This document shows positions 50,076-62,548 of a stretch of 64,000 nt of DNA, piece by piece. Position numbers and translations under genes: made by a program. How positions within the stretch are numbered: the stretch's first letter is position 1; every line of letters starts with the position of its first letter. The notes under the pieces were generated by a model that was given only the letters and a program-made list of their open reading frames with translations, had not been told where the DNA came from and ran no database searches. The DNA comes from Yuukianura sp. NJ FZ-2021 (taxonomy: Eukaryota), in contig CM102285.1 in assembly GCA_046563655.1 (NCBI GenBank), forward strand, positions 1 through 64,000. Reading direction: 5' to 3'.

Positions 50076-52601
50076 ATGCAAAAACATTGTGAAAATGAAG
50101 GTGAGAAAAATAAGTTTTCAATTTACTGTCACTACGAACTGAAACTCCTTCATTTTACAACTGAATTACGTTTTTAGATGACCGCGACGGAAGTGACAAT
50201 GTTGGTGCTGATACTGCTACTGTCGTTGATGTTGGTGTAGTACTGGGTGGAGATGGAAAACGTGATCGTTGTGGTTCCGACAGTGAAGATGTTCCTTCTA
50301 GTAAAAGAGTTCGGACGGGAGATGCTGAAGAAGATTCAATTGATTGTGTTGATTCAACTGGACAACTAGAAACTGCTCAGAATGAAGCTCATGATGGTGA
50401 CAACGCAGATGTGGAAGACGAGTTGCCAACTTCCGAACAACCGGGATTCATTTCCTCAGAATTCTTCAAGATTGAAATCTCCAACCTCCCTACACCGATG
50501 GAATTTCCAGTAAAATTTAGCATACATCAGCAATCATACTAAGCATAACAGCAATTAATCAACTGTTTAACAGTATTATCACTAACTTCAGTTATTTGGT
50601 GATTTTCAGGAAGCTCGGAAACTTGTACAACAAAAGCTTAAGCTGGGAGCTCGAAAAGTGAAACTGTCCAACAACAAATCTGAACCACCCTGTATTTTTG
50701 CTACGTTCCCTAACGAGGAGGCGAAGCAACTCGCTTTGAAACTGACAGACGGATTCGAGTATCGGCAGCACAAGTTAGTGGCCAAGGTACAGCATCCAAG
50801 TATTCTCAAATACTTTCACAGCATTTTCTGAAATTTTCTAACTGTAGCCTGCAAGACAAAATCGGTTGAAAGACAAAGAAGCAAAGCAGCCGAAGGAAGT
50901 CGAGTACAAACCGAACATGACCGACCAAGAACTAGAAGAATTCGACCAAATCGTCATCAATTCAGTTGCTCCACTCCAGCATTTACCTTATCCAGAACAG
51001 GTACGCAATCAATTACTAATTGAGTAACTTAATTGATTTGACCTTGATTTCCATTTTTTAGTTGAAATTCAAACACAAGGAGGTGATTCGTATCATGAAC
51101 GGCATGACCAAGGCCATCATGTCCACCAACTCTGACTTGAAAAAACGAAACAGCAAGTGGACCCTTCAAGTCCCCCCACCTCTTCCTTCCACTCACATCG
51201 ACGGATATCGCAACAAAAACGAATTCACAATCGGTGAGTCTAAAATTTGAACTTAAAATACACACAAATTGTCACTCCAGGAACATTTTGGTCACTTTTT
51301 ATTTCGCAGGAAAACAACCGAACGGTGACACAGTCGTTGGCTTTCGAGTGTCATCTTCTCTCAAAGGAAGTGTCCATGTTGGATCTCCGTGTAACATCAA
51401 GACAGTTGGTTGCCATGTCCAGTCAGCTGTTGCCACCTTTGAGCAGTTCCTCAGAAGTGACACGGTGGCAACCAAGTATGACCCGCATGACCCTGTCATT
51501 GGCAAAGGAGTCTACAGAACACTAATAGCACGAGATTGCAACCAAACACGACAGTTGATGTTTCTTCTAACCATTTCAGGAGGGGTCAGTTAAAAACTAA
51601 GCTTCAAAGATTCTAGGATTTCAAATATTACCTAAACATTTGAAAAATTCAAAAAATAAGCCCGAAATACTTTTCTTTTAGATTCTGAGTACGAAAGAAG
51701 TGAAAGAATTGAGCGACGCTATCAAAACGTTTTACGAATCGCAGCAAGAGAAATCAGTGATTTCGTTTTTTCTAAAAGTTGGTGAACTGCAAGGACAAAA
51801 AGACAAGAATCAGTTCCAGTGGATCTTCGGATCACAAAAAATTCTGATGGAAGTGGACACCATGAAGTTCGAAATTTCACCCGACGCTTTCTTCCAAGTC
51901 AATACACAATCTGCTCATGTAAGTTCAAAAATTGATTTGAACTTTATAGTTCAATGGTTAGAGCTTTTCCCAGAGTGAAGACTTGTGGGTTCCAGTTCCA
52001 CTCGGTACTTTATTTTTTTCTCGGTCCATCCTATTCTAACTTTCTCTTGTTTTTTGAACAGACTTTGTTCAAGAAGATAATTGAGCTTGGATCAATCGAC
52101 AGCGAAACGTCTGTGATCGACGTGTGTTGTGGCACAGGGACGATTGGAATCGCTTCCGTGCTTTTGGGCAATGCAAAAGAAGTGATTGGGATTGAACTTG
52201 TGGAGTCAGCCATAGAAAACGCCAAGAGAAACGTTTTGCTCAACTTTGAGCAAACAGAGATGCAAGAAAGATTTAAATTTTATGCCGGGAGAGCAGAGGA
52301 TTTGGTTGAGGCTGCTGGAAATACTGCTCAGGGGAGAAGGATTGTGGCTATAGTGGATCCACCGAGGTCAGGATTGGGGTCAACCGTCATTGCTGCTCTG
52401 AGGAGGAATCCTAGGATCAAAAATATTGTTTATGTCGCTTGCAAACTGGAAGCATGTAAAGACAATTTCATCTCCCTTGCTCGGCCACATTCCAAAAAGT
52501 ACGTTGGAGTTCCGTTTGTTCCGGAAAAGATTGAATCCGTCGACATGTTCCCACATACCAAAGATATCGAATGTATCGTTCTGTTCAAACGATGTGACTA
52601 A
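50076..52601 (+). CDS. TRMT2A: tRNA (uracil-5-)-methyltransferase homolog A
   Basis: Multi-exon. RRM-like FSSEFFKIEISNLP region, PLQHLPYPEQLKFK, GYRNKNEFTIG, FEISPDAFFQVNT, DVCCGTGTIG, AIVDPPRSGL, IVYVAC, VDMFPHT..IE. Confidence 0.92.
51940..52012 (+). pseudogene. Degenerate tRNA-like / SINE-head sequence within a TRMT2A intron
   Basis: A-box-like TAGTTCAATGGTTAGAGC and B-box-like GGGTTCCAGTTCC at tRNA spacing, followed by a T-run. Acceptor and anticodon stems do not pair well. Confidence 0.45.
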
Positions 52602-52713
52602 TTTCAAAAAAAAAGTTTTAGAAATTATGTTTTGAATAATATACCTTTAATAAAAATAAGTATACATTACTTAAACTCATATGCACACTTACTGATTTCT
52701 GTTGCTTCAGTCT

Positions 52714-53835
52714 TCAGTTTGTCACAGAATTGGTAAATCGGTGTGAAAACTTCAGTTCTTCGGAGGAACGAAGTGGAAAAGTGTAGATTTTGTTTCCAGT
52801 TCGGAATTCAATCGATTTGACCTCGGATATCCTCAGAGAAGGCTCCTCTTCACAAACAGCTTTCCAGTGAGAACAGAGTTCTGGAAGGAGGACGTTCCTG
52901 GCCCACTGTTCTTGGTCTCCTAGCAACCAGGCAAATGTGACATGGAAAGACGGTGGATCGTAGTATGGTAGAAGATCATACTCGTGAAGGCACTTGTCAC
53001 TCATTCTGACCAATTGAAAAAGAGAATCGGATGGAAATGCATCTAAACTGAGGAATGTCCTACTCCTCTCCTCGTTGACATAAACATTTACACTGTCCAG
53101 GACAACTTCAAACCTAAAACGAAGAACGATATTCTAAAAAGTTTGAGTTTTGAAATTTGATTGTAAGATTGTGTTACCCGTTGAAGTTTTTGAGCTTGGA
53201 AGACAATGAGTTAACAAAGGGTTGTATCCAGTGGTGTCTAAAAACCTGTGTCTTGGACAGAGACAAATGAAAGTTCGTTTCGGTGTTGAGCTTCGCTGGA
53301 AATTTCAGCCACTCCTGACCCGTTAAGGACAACTCCTTGACATGGTCCACGATCCATTTTAAGCCTTGATTCTCAGAATCTGGAAATACAAAACTCAGGA
53401 TAAACCCAAAACGGTTTCATACAGAAAAATAGCGACATTCTTACAATTGATGTACAGAAAGGAGGCCCAGTTTCCTCTGAGATGCGGAAATGACCTCTGC
53501 CGACCATCGTGCTCGTCCGGGTTGTCTTCAATCGTTTGACACGAAGCTGAGAACATGTCCAGCAGCACTCCTGGAACTGGAAGCTTCATTTCTTCAATAG
53601 TCACCCGTCTAGGGAGCAAGAACATGTCCATTTGGTGACATTTATCTTTTTCATATCGAATTTTATCCAAGATTTCTTACGATAATTTATCCCGCGCACC
53701 AGGATCACTGCGAAGCATACCGACAGTGTTATTTGAATGATAGTTTCGGTTGTCTTGCTCGGTGTCACTGGGTTCGTCCATGTCGTCGTCAGCATAAGCC
53801 GAAAGTAGAGACAGTCCCGTTGACATCCCATCCAT
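52714..53835 (-). CDS. USB1: U6 snRNA phosphodiesterase (2H family)
   Basis: Start MDGMSTGLSLLSAY. EDNPDEHDGRQRSFPHLRGNWASFLYI, FHLSLSKT..RHHWIQPF, YVNEERSRTFL, YDPPSFHVTFAW (both HxS/T motifs), FRTGNKIYTFPL. Confidence 0.93.
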
Positions 53836-54753
53836 TCTAAACTGCGAAATTTTATGCAAACTTCATTTTAGATTTCCAATTAAATTAAACGATTGCTTTT
53901 AATGATTTATGGTAATCTTAAAATTAAAGTAAAATTAACTGGGTACTTTTCGGTTGAAGTAAGGTTTGCTAACCCTACTTTTGGTACAGTGTAGCCTGCG
54001 ATTACAAAAGGTAGCGAAGCAACACAATGTGACAACTGATGTTGCCACTTTAGATTGGGTTCCAAGTTATGTAGACAAAATAAACTGAATCTAATTTAAT
54101 GTAAGTTGCCACTCTGGAGTTGCCATCCATTGTAGCCACTGGCTATGGCTGTTGCGGTTACAAATCCGGTTGTAAAAATTACTTGAACCATGCTTCCTTT
54201 TAAAACAACATATAAAAGCGCCAAAATTGAAGAGTTGCACTAAAAGACACGTCACACAAAAGTCAACCTACGTCATAGTTGGGCATATTTTAAAAATAAT
54301 AATAATTATTATTATTATCATTTTAATTAATTCCTACCTTATGATTTCTGTTATTAATTGTGCTTTAATGGCAGTTAACCAATTAATTGTTTTACAAATG
54401 GGTTTATGTTTTATGTATTCAAGCACTTGGCAGTGGTGTTAACAAGCTAGAAATTGGATTCAGGAGAACAAAGAAAGAAATATATAGCTATGATGGGTAC
54501 AAACCGACATACGCGCCTTACTGCAATTTCGGTATTTCAACGTCAAAAATTCCAACTTTAAGTGTCAACAAAATGAAAATGTCAATCGTTTTCTATTGAA
54601 CTATAACACACTTTATGATGAGTTATAAAATGTCACCTCTGAAACGAAGCAATCCATTTTTATGAATTCCTTTTAGCGTTTAGTGTCCGAATGCATCAAC
54701 TACATCCATGTCTTTTAGTGTTTTAGTTGTTGCGGAAACAAAAACCAAGAACG

Positions 54754-55470
54754 ATGTCTATTTCAGTTCCATTCTACGGACTACTTTTCATATTTGTCTT
54801 CGCAGGTTTGATTTACTTCAATTAAACTTCCGCCGATACCAAATTATTTTCTTGAATTTGATCAACTATTTTTTTTTCAAAACCTTTTTAAAAAACTGTC
54901 CCTGTTTTTTTTAATTTAGGATTGAGTCATTTCTGTAAACCAAGAGCAGTAGGTGACCTCGTACGCGTAAAGCGCGATGACAATGAAACATCAGCAGCAC
55001 CAAAAAGGAAGCCAAGAACCAGAGGTAAATAACTTTGCCCATTCGGGTTGAAGTAAGCTTGAGTCCCCTGCGTGTACTCACCCGTTCAAATTTTTGAATT
55101 GTACCCACCACAACTCAAAGCAATACGTCCACCTAACAGTAATAAAGCAGTATGGCAATTCTCTTTACTGTTTAATTCAATGAATCTATTTTATAGTTTT
55201 ATTTCGCATTTCGAAAACTTGTTTTAAATTTTAATTGTATTTATAATTAAAAGTGAGTTTTTGAATCAAAATTTAGGATGGGATTATGAACGGAACTTGT
55301 CGAAATGCACAAAACCAAGAGATCCACCCAGAGGACCGTGGCCGGTGACCAAAGAGAAGGTAGGAAAGCACAAGAAATGTAACCGCGGAATCAACTACCG
55401 AGATGAGCGAAAGGGCGCGAAGGAATACTTGGAGCGAAAGATTGAAGAACACAACAAAGGGAAAGGTTAA
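54754..55470 (+). CDS. Unidentified basic secreted prepropeptide, 116 aa
   Basis: Exons 54754-54805, 54920-55024, 55277-55470 (phase 1/1). Signal-like MSISVPFYGLLFIFVFAGLSHFC, RVKR convertase site, Lys/Arg-rich region with two Cys ending ...HNKGKG*. TATAAAA at ~54624 and AATAAA at ~55554. Confidence 0.65.
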
Positions 55471-57026
55471 ATAACGTTGTGCTCTTCCTATACTTTTGGA
55501 CCGTCGTGTTTTTAACTACTTTCATTTAACTATTCACCCGAAACTAACTATGAAATAAACAACAATTAAGTACCAAAGCACTAAAAGTTAAGTAATGAGT
55601 ACTTCCTTGCGGATTTCCCCGAACTTCACAACAAACTTGACCTCAAAACAGTTATTTAATGAAGTTCGAAAGGTCAATTCTAGTTACTTATAACCATTCT
55701 ACATTTATCTTCTGTGTGGACGAAATGAACGAAACTATTAGCGGATGGAAGAAATTAAAAAAGGGCGTTTAAAAAAATCAAATTAAAAAGTATAAAACAA
55801 TACTATCAAAAAGCTTTTCTTTCACCACTAAAATTAATTATTTTTTTAAAACTTATTTGAAAACGAAATTTATTCGTGTTTGTACTGCATTTTAAGGTGC
55901 TTCGTATTCAAGTCAAGCCCCGCAGTGGAAGCTCCGCCCCCTTGTAAACGTTTACGTCAATGTATGCATAGGTGCGTTACTGTTTCTTTGTAAAGGAAGA
56001 TTAAAACTGTTCAAGTACTGATTGCCTTCTGACTCTTCAGTTGTTGTGGATTATGTTTTAATTGAGGTCATCACACAATGGACAACCAACGATAAGCTCA
56101 GCACAAAGCGGATAAGCACAAGAACTTAAAAACCATTGCAGAACATTAACCACGCAACTTACGAGGACACGAGTCACACTAACGCTATTTTTAACATATA
56201 CAAATACAAAGGGAAAATACACTGAAACAACTGATGATAGTCGAACACCAACTTCATTCCAGTCCAGTTGTACACCACATTGACGCAGCGTCATCGCATC
56301 CTCATTGGCATCGCATCGTCATCGTCATCGTAACGTCATTTGGTCATACGTCAAAGTGACAGTCAACGACAGTTGGACAACTGAAAGTGTTCTACTAAAA
56401 AGCTGTCTCTCCATTAAAACATTCCAGGTTGGCATAAATTCTGTTTTTAAATTTTTAAATCAGCTATTTAAACTAACTTTTTATGCTTCGCAATTTGCGA
56501 AAATCACGTGCCTTAGGGGAGGATTTTGAAATTGCACGATGAAATCGCGTGTGAAACACAAAAAAGTTAATTAGCGTTGTTTTTTTTTGTAGATACGTGT
56601 GGATGAGCATAAGCTAAACTTTATTTGAGATTGAAGGTCAGTCTTCCAGTAATTTGCATGTCTAATTCCCAATTGTGTTTTTGCTCAAATTGCTTCTCCA
56701 GAATTACTGTTTTCATTCATTTCCAGTAGTCTGACTCAGGAACGTCGTCACTCAATCCAGAGCTGAATAAGCAGCTTGTGTCAGAAAAGAATTTTTGTGT
56801 CATTTTGTGAAGTTTGTGTTTTGAAGTTTGGACTATCCAATCTTATACTGCGACCTTCGTGTTTTCCCTCAGGCGTTTAGTATATTTTGGAACACGAGAA
56901 GGGAAGACCAAGTTTTCCTAGAAAAGCTATCCAAATCATTTTGTATTCTGAACACAAAAGTTCACATTTTGAACTTTCTGATACTTTTTTTTGGAAAAGA
57001 AGTTTAAATTTTAGTAAGTTGTGGAA

Positions 57027-60000
57027 ATGTCGCCTGTGAAGACATCTTCTAATCCAGTGCTTCAGAGACAGATGAAGCACAGAAAGTGGTTCAAGTGGAT
57101 GAGCATTTGTTGTTTCCGGAGTGTGTACGGAAATGAAAATGGAGTTGTCATTGAAGAAAAGTCGACACAAATTACTCACACTGTCGTCTCATTCCCTCCA
57201 GAGCGCACAGTTTCCAGGACGCCATTTGACGTAAGTTCAAAATTTGACGTAAAAGGACTTCAAAGTTAAACGGCGTCAATGACTCATTTGATTGCTTAAA
57301 ATTTGTGTAGTTTGATGTAATTTCTCATTTCACGTCAAATGTCTGGTTTTATGTCATTTTAAGTAAAAGTCTGGTGGGTTGACGCCTTTTGACGTATAAT
57401 TTGCGTGGTTTGACGTCGCTTGACGTATTTTGTGTATTACAGAAAGACGTGTTTCCACACAGTCAAGTGGCGTCCCAGTACTTGTGGAATTTCTTTACCC
57501 GCTATGAAGAAACGCAAGACGAACTTGGTCAGGGACTAATCCAAATCAATTCAATGGAAATGACTGAACGGGCTGACAAAATTTATGCTCAAATTACAGA
57601 CAAGGAGCAAATCCTATTTTATGTCAAGGTAAATTCACATTTTATTCAACTCCTTTCAAAATTACTTCAATTTTTGCAATTTTACCGAAATTCTGCAAGT
57701 TTACAGTTGATCCTCTCAAATTGCAACTCGCTGATTACCGAGTACCGTAAAGTTTCTTTTACTAGGCATCAAATTTATAGGGCCACGAAAGCATCAAGAG
57801 TTGCTTTGCTTAGAATTTTGTTCCCTCCAAAAACTGTTGGTTTTACGGTGTTCCGCCCCGAAATGCAATTTATGTTTCAATTTCAAAGTGTATTGCAATT
57901 TGAGGGGGTTTACTGTATTGAAATTTTAAAATTTTGATCTTCGTTTCATATCTAGATCTTTGCCAATGGAAAAATGTCAATCTCGAGAGATTCCTTCTGC
58001 GATCTTTTGCTTTGTACGCATGACCTGTCAGCGGTGGTCCAAGCCATGACTGAAGCCACTGCGCATGGCAATGTGTCAACTGCAATTAGGTCAACAGACA
58101 TTGGCTCAACAACTGAAAACGAAACGAATTCCTTGGAAGTGACGGGAAACGAGTGGATCCAAGCAGCAGTTTACTCTTGCGTAATCTCATATTTTTTATT
58201 TGCATTTCCTGAATTATTCATTTAGTAATTAACAGAGTCATTAATTGACTTAAGCTGTCATTACAGCGACCTTCACGAAAAAATGCACTTGCCCAAAGTG
58301 CCAATTTGCCAATTACGTTGCAAATTTTATTGACTTCCATGACTCTTCAACTGTTTTTAAAGAAATTTTTACAGTTTTGTTTTTTTTTTCTGTCACGTCC
58401 GCATGCATCATAAATTGAGGAAGGAATTGCGAAAAGTCAGATGATTTTTAAAGTGCTTGACTTTTCTTGACGTTGACTTTGTTGAAGCTGCTGATGGATT
58501 TGTTGTTGATTTATTTTTTGTTGATCTTTTTGTAGTTTCACCAGAAGGAAGAGATGTCAGTTGCGTTTGTATGCAATTGGATACAACTTCATCTGCCAAG
58601 GGCTTTGGGTTTTCTGCACAAATACGTCATCTATCAACTCGCAGCTTACAAAGCGCAGGCGCAGACCGAAGCCCACTCTCGTCATGATCTCACTTTCTCT
58701 CAAGATCTGACAGATTCAAAACCGCAACTTCCTTCATCAGAATCAGAACCTGCAGGTGCTGATGAAAATACTGCTGATGGAAATATTGCTGATGAAAGTA
58801 CTGCTAAAGCACATTCTTCCCGTATCACCGTGGAAGGAATCAATCCCTACTTGCTTTGGCTGCTAGAAGTGTCACTCCCACCTCTATATGCAGCGCCGCT
58901 GGAGAAAAAAGTAGGAGCCCTCAACTGTCCGTTCACAAAAAGACTCACGTCACAAGAACTTTTGCAACAACTGGTACAAAATTTGTTAAAAAATTCAATG
59001 AATTTTTTGAAAAACATGATTTTTCAGTTTGAAAGTGTGTCATTTTTAAATTTTGAACTGTATTTTTCCAGAGAAACGAAGGAGTAAAGACTGAGCCTTG
59101 GTGTCGGTTGTACGACAGCACAGAAGAGGGTACGAGTGTGAATCGGTTCATGTTGCATCTCTACCACTACAAAGGACCCACACTCATCTTCATCTTTGCT
59201 CAAAACAATTACACTTTGTGTGTTGGATCAGACGAAGAGTGGCACGAAAGTTCAAAATTCTGGGGCGGGGAAGACTCCTTTCTACTCCAACTTCAACCCG
59301 AGTTCAGATTTATTGAAAGTAATTAACAAAAAATTTATAACAAAACTTCTACTAGTCACCGAAATCTCAGGCGGGCGTGATGGGTACCCACCCACCCGCC
59401 GGGACATGGGCGGGTGGGTACCCAAAAAAATCCCTTTTCAGAATTTTTCGGAGAATTTTAGAATTTCAGAGAATTTTTTTTTCGAAATTGAGGCAATGGG
59501 TGGAACCTAGCCTTGTAAAACTATACCGGGTTTCAGTGACTGCTTATACGAGGCTCAAAGCTTGTTTAAAATGAACATTTCAATTTTTAAAATTTTGAAA
59601 TTTTTTAAAATTTCCATTTTTTTTATATTTTACAGGAGGTCCAAAATTTCTGTACACGAACTTCTCAATTCGTGGGTACCCAATGGGTATCCAGGCGGGG
59701 AAAGACACAAAGGATTTAGCCCTGGAAATCAAACCAGATTTTCAGTTGGTCTCCTTCAAAGGAATTCCGCTCAGAATCAACCGAATTCTGGCTTTCGGTT
59801 GTGGCCCAAAGGAAATCAAGTAACTTCCAAAATTCAATTTTTCAGTTTCTAGTTTCCAAATTTGGAAAATGTTTCTAAAAATGTTGTTTTTTTTAAGGAA
59901 TCACCAGGCAGAGTACAAGAAGTGGGAGAACAAGCAGTGTGAGATTCAGCGTAGCGTTCCAAAGCGCAGTCGCTCTGAGTGGAGCGAAGACCCTGACAAT

Positions 60001-60126
60001 TACTTGCTCGGTTTAAGTGGCGTCCATGTTAGTTACGTCACTGCACCACCAGCAGACTCTTATGCTAAAGCGCAAGTCAAAACAGCTCCTACTGGACTCC
60101 TCAGAACAGAACTTGTACCAATTTGA
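57027..60126 (+). CDS. TLDc-domain protein (Rtc5/MEAK7-like)
   Basis: About 7 exons. WCRLYDSTEEGTSVNRFMLHLYHYKGPTLIFI, EEWHESSKFWGG, LYTNFSIRGYPMGI, AFGCG, WSEDPDNYLL. The N-terminal exon assignment is less certain. Confidence 0.8.
59353..59542. mobile_element. Small intronic MITE with short TIRs and an internal GC hairpin
   Basis: TAGTCACCGAAA...TTTCAGTGACTG ends, flanked by CTTCTAC / CTTATAC (possible 7-bp TSD, one mismatch). Internal TACCCACCC..GCC / GGCGGGTGGGTACCCA hairpin. Confidence 0.55.
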
Positions 60127-60478
60127 ACATTTTCAACTTTCAAGTTCTAAAAAAACTTTCAAAAAACACTTTTTTCAAAATTTTTTACTTCAAAAACATT
60201 GTTTTTTTATGCAACATGACCCCAACGATTAGTTGTTTCTTTTAATATGCTCTTGACCGGCCTCCACTTTTTGTGCCTTTGCTCTAATGTGTCTAATTTC
60301 AGATTTTGAAATTTCGGATTTTCAGATTTTGGAATTTTAAATTTTCGGATTTCGCAGATGATTTGTATTTTGATATTTTTGTAATAACTTAAGCTATGAA
60401 TCGCCGGATGTACAAAAAAACGAGATTTTGAATAAATATTGATAAGTTTATGCATGAATTTTCGATTTTTCGGTTTCC

Positions 60479-60492
60479 GTCACCATGGCAAC
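60479..60492. promoter_or_regulatory. RFX X-box
   Basis: GTCACCATGGCAAC, about 160 bp upstream of the ATG at 60653. Confidence 0.65.
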
Positions 60493-60652
60493 TAATTTTA
60501 GTTTGGTTTTGTTGATTTTGTTGTTGTTATTGTGAGAAAAATTTCTTACTTGGTTTTGAAAAAAACTGCGGCGTCACTTTTTCAAAATTTTCGGAGGAGA
60601 GAGGAGGTCAGCAGCAGCTTTTTGGAGTTTCTAAATTTTTTGGATTGTGGTC

Positions 60653-61313
60653 ATGTCAGATTGGAGTAACTCGGTAAGTGACTTCTGCAATTAAATGTAA
60701 TTACAATTAATTCAAATGTAATTAGAAGTAATTCAGCTGTAATTACAGTTAATTCAAATGTAATTCAATTGATACTGTTTTGCAGGGATGCAGCAAAGGC
60801 TGTTTTCCGATTCCACCGAATCGCAGATTTCCAGAAGGTCCTTGTTGGTAAAAGTTTCAAAAAATTTGCTTTGTTCAGTTTTTGTTACATTTAAATCAGT
60901 GTCGAATTCTTCAAAATTTTGAAATTTTTTCTTCTTTTTTTTTAGTCCTGCTCCGTGCTGTAACCCTTATCCTCCATGTTGCTTCAGAATTGTGCCTGTC
61001 AAAGGTTGTTGTCCCGACTTGCGCTGCAGTAAGTTTCAAAATGTTGAAAATTCCATCAAAAATGTTTTCATTTTAATGAAATTTTGTAAAAATGTGTTTA
61101 TAATTGGCAGGTAAACCTCCGTTCAGATGTCCAGATCCGTGCTGTCCAGAGCGAGATCCACGGTGCTGTCCACAGCCACAGTGCTACACCGTGTCCTGTC
61201 CACAGTGCCCCCCTCCGCCCAAGTGCCCCCCACCGTGTCCGCGGTGGTACTTCAAGGACGAAGACATTGGACCCCTCCGCGGAGTCCAGTATCCAGCACC
61301 ACCCAAGTACTGA
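60653..61313 (+). CDS. Cys/Pro-rich small protein 1 (122 aa), no signal peptide
   Basis: Exons 60653-60673, 60786-60847, 60946-61028, 61111-61313 are phase-consistent. MSDWSNSGCSKGCFPIPPNRRFPEGPCCPAPCCNPYPPCC...CPQCPPPPKCPPPCPRW. AATAAA at ~61396. Confidence 0.8.
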
Positions 61314-61572
61314 CCGTGACCACCTCACTTCTGCGCAGAAACAACTCTGCTACAGATTACAGGATCTGAATCTTGTTCCAAATTTTGAGTACGAAAATAA
61401 ACGGTGTTTGCATAACTGAAATCCATCTTGCCTAAATTTTCCAAAATTTGAAAAGAACAGAACTTTTTTTAATTCCTATCTATTATACATAAATTTGAAA
61501 TTTGGGTGATTTTCCCAGAATGCGAAGCATTCTGGTTTTATTTAATTTCACTATTTTCAATTTCAGTAATTA

Positions 61573-61586
61573 GTTGCCATGGAGAT
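61573..61586. promoter_or_regulatory. RFX X-box
   Basis: GTTGCCATGGAGAT, about 155 bp upstream of the ATG at 61742. Confidence 0.6.
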
Positions 61587-61741
61587 TTACAGATTCAAGT
61601 TTTTGTTTGCATAGATGTTGTCTAGTAATAAATCAAAAATGTTGAGTTGAAGGAGGAACTGAAATTTCCAAATTCAAAATCAGTCGGGAGCGGGTACAAA
61701 ATTTTTAAATTTTTTGTTCTCCAAATTCCAAATTTTGAAAA

Positions 61742-62321
61742 ATGTGTGGTGGGTGTGGAACTGGATTCTGCGGAGATTCTAGTCGCTCAAATTCAATCCC
61801 TCTTGTTTCAAATCGCTGCGTAAAGTCAAATTTGACAATTTTAAACAAAATTCTGCCTTTTCAAACAAATCTTTCCGTTTGACATGTTCAAATTTTTGAT
61901 TTTTTTTTTGAAATTTTAGAGTTTAGGCGGTTGCTATATCCGTCGGAGTGAGCCCCACCGTTGCTGTCGTCCACCAAACCCCAGCTGCCCCCTGCCCTGC
62001 CCCCCACCACCCCCTCGCTGCAGTTCCACTTTGCCCCCCGTCATTCTCCCTTTGAGCATCTACAAACCAATGGGAGAAGCAGTTGCACAGGAGTTCATCA
62101 TCCACGCAATTAGAACAGCATGCAGGCCCAAGGTCCGTTTTTCAAAAAAAGTTCAAAATTTCAAATTTTCAAAATTTTCGAAATTCCCGCTCTTCTCTTT
62201 TCAGCCTCAGTGTTGCTCAGATGCTCCGTGTGGACCGAAGGGAACAATCATCAACTTTGTAGTTCCGAATAAATATCTTCCACGACTGCCAGCATACGGC
62301 TGTCCAGAACAGTTGCGATGA
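61742..62321 (+). CDS. Cys/Pro-rich small protein 2 (135 aa)
   Basis: Exons 61742-61819, 61920-62132, 62205-62321 (phase 0). MCGGCGTGFCG...HRCCRPPNPSCPLPCPPPPPRC...PQCCSDAPCGPKG. Confidence 0.75.
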
Positions 62322-62548
62322 ACTACTGCACAGAAGAAGTGAAATTCAACTGCGAAGGAGCACAATCTAAACACAAAGTTTTGTTTTAAAGTGAATTTTT
62401 CAATGACTTCGACACAGTAAATACCTTTTTGGTTTCAAGTCACAAATCTTTTTACTCCAAAACTTTACGAATTTACAATTTACGTATAAATTTACTTCAA
62501 AATTTACATGTATTTTTACGTTTTTACTTCAACGTTTACTTTTACACT

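Noticed and set aside
57225-57430. Cluster of TTTGACGT motifs in the first intron of the TLDc gene as an enhancer
   Set aside because: Looks like a degenerate simple-repeat remnant (similar at ~15181-15215). No independent support.
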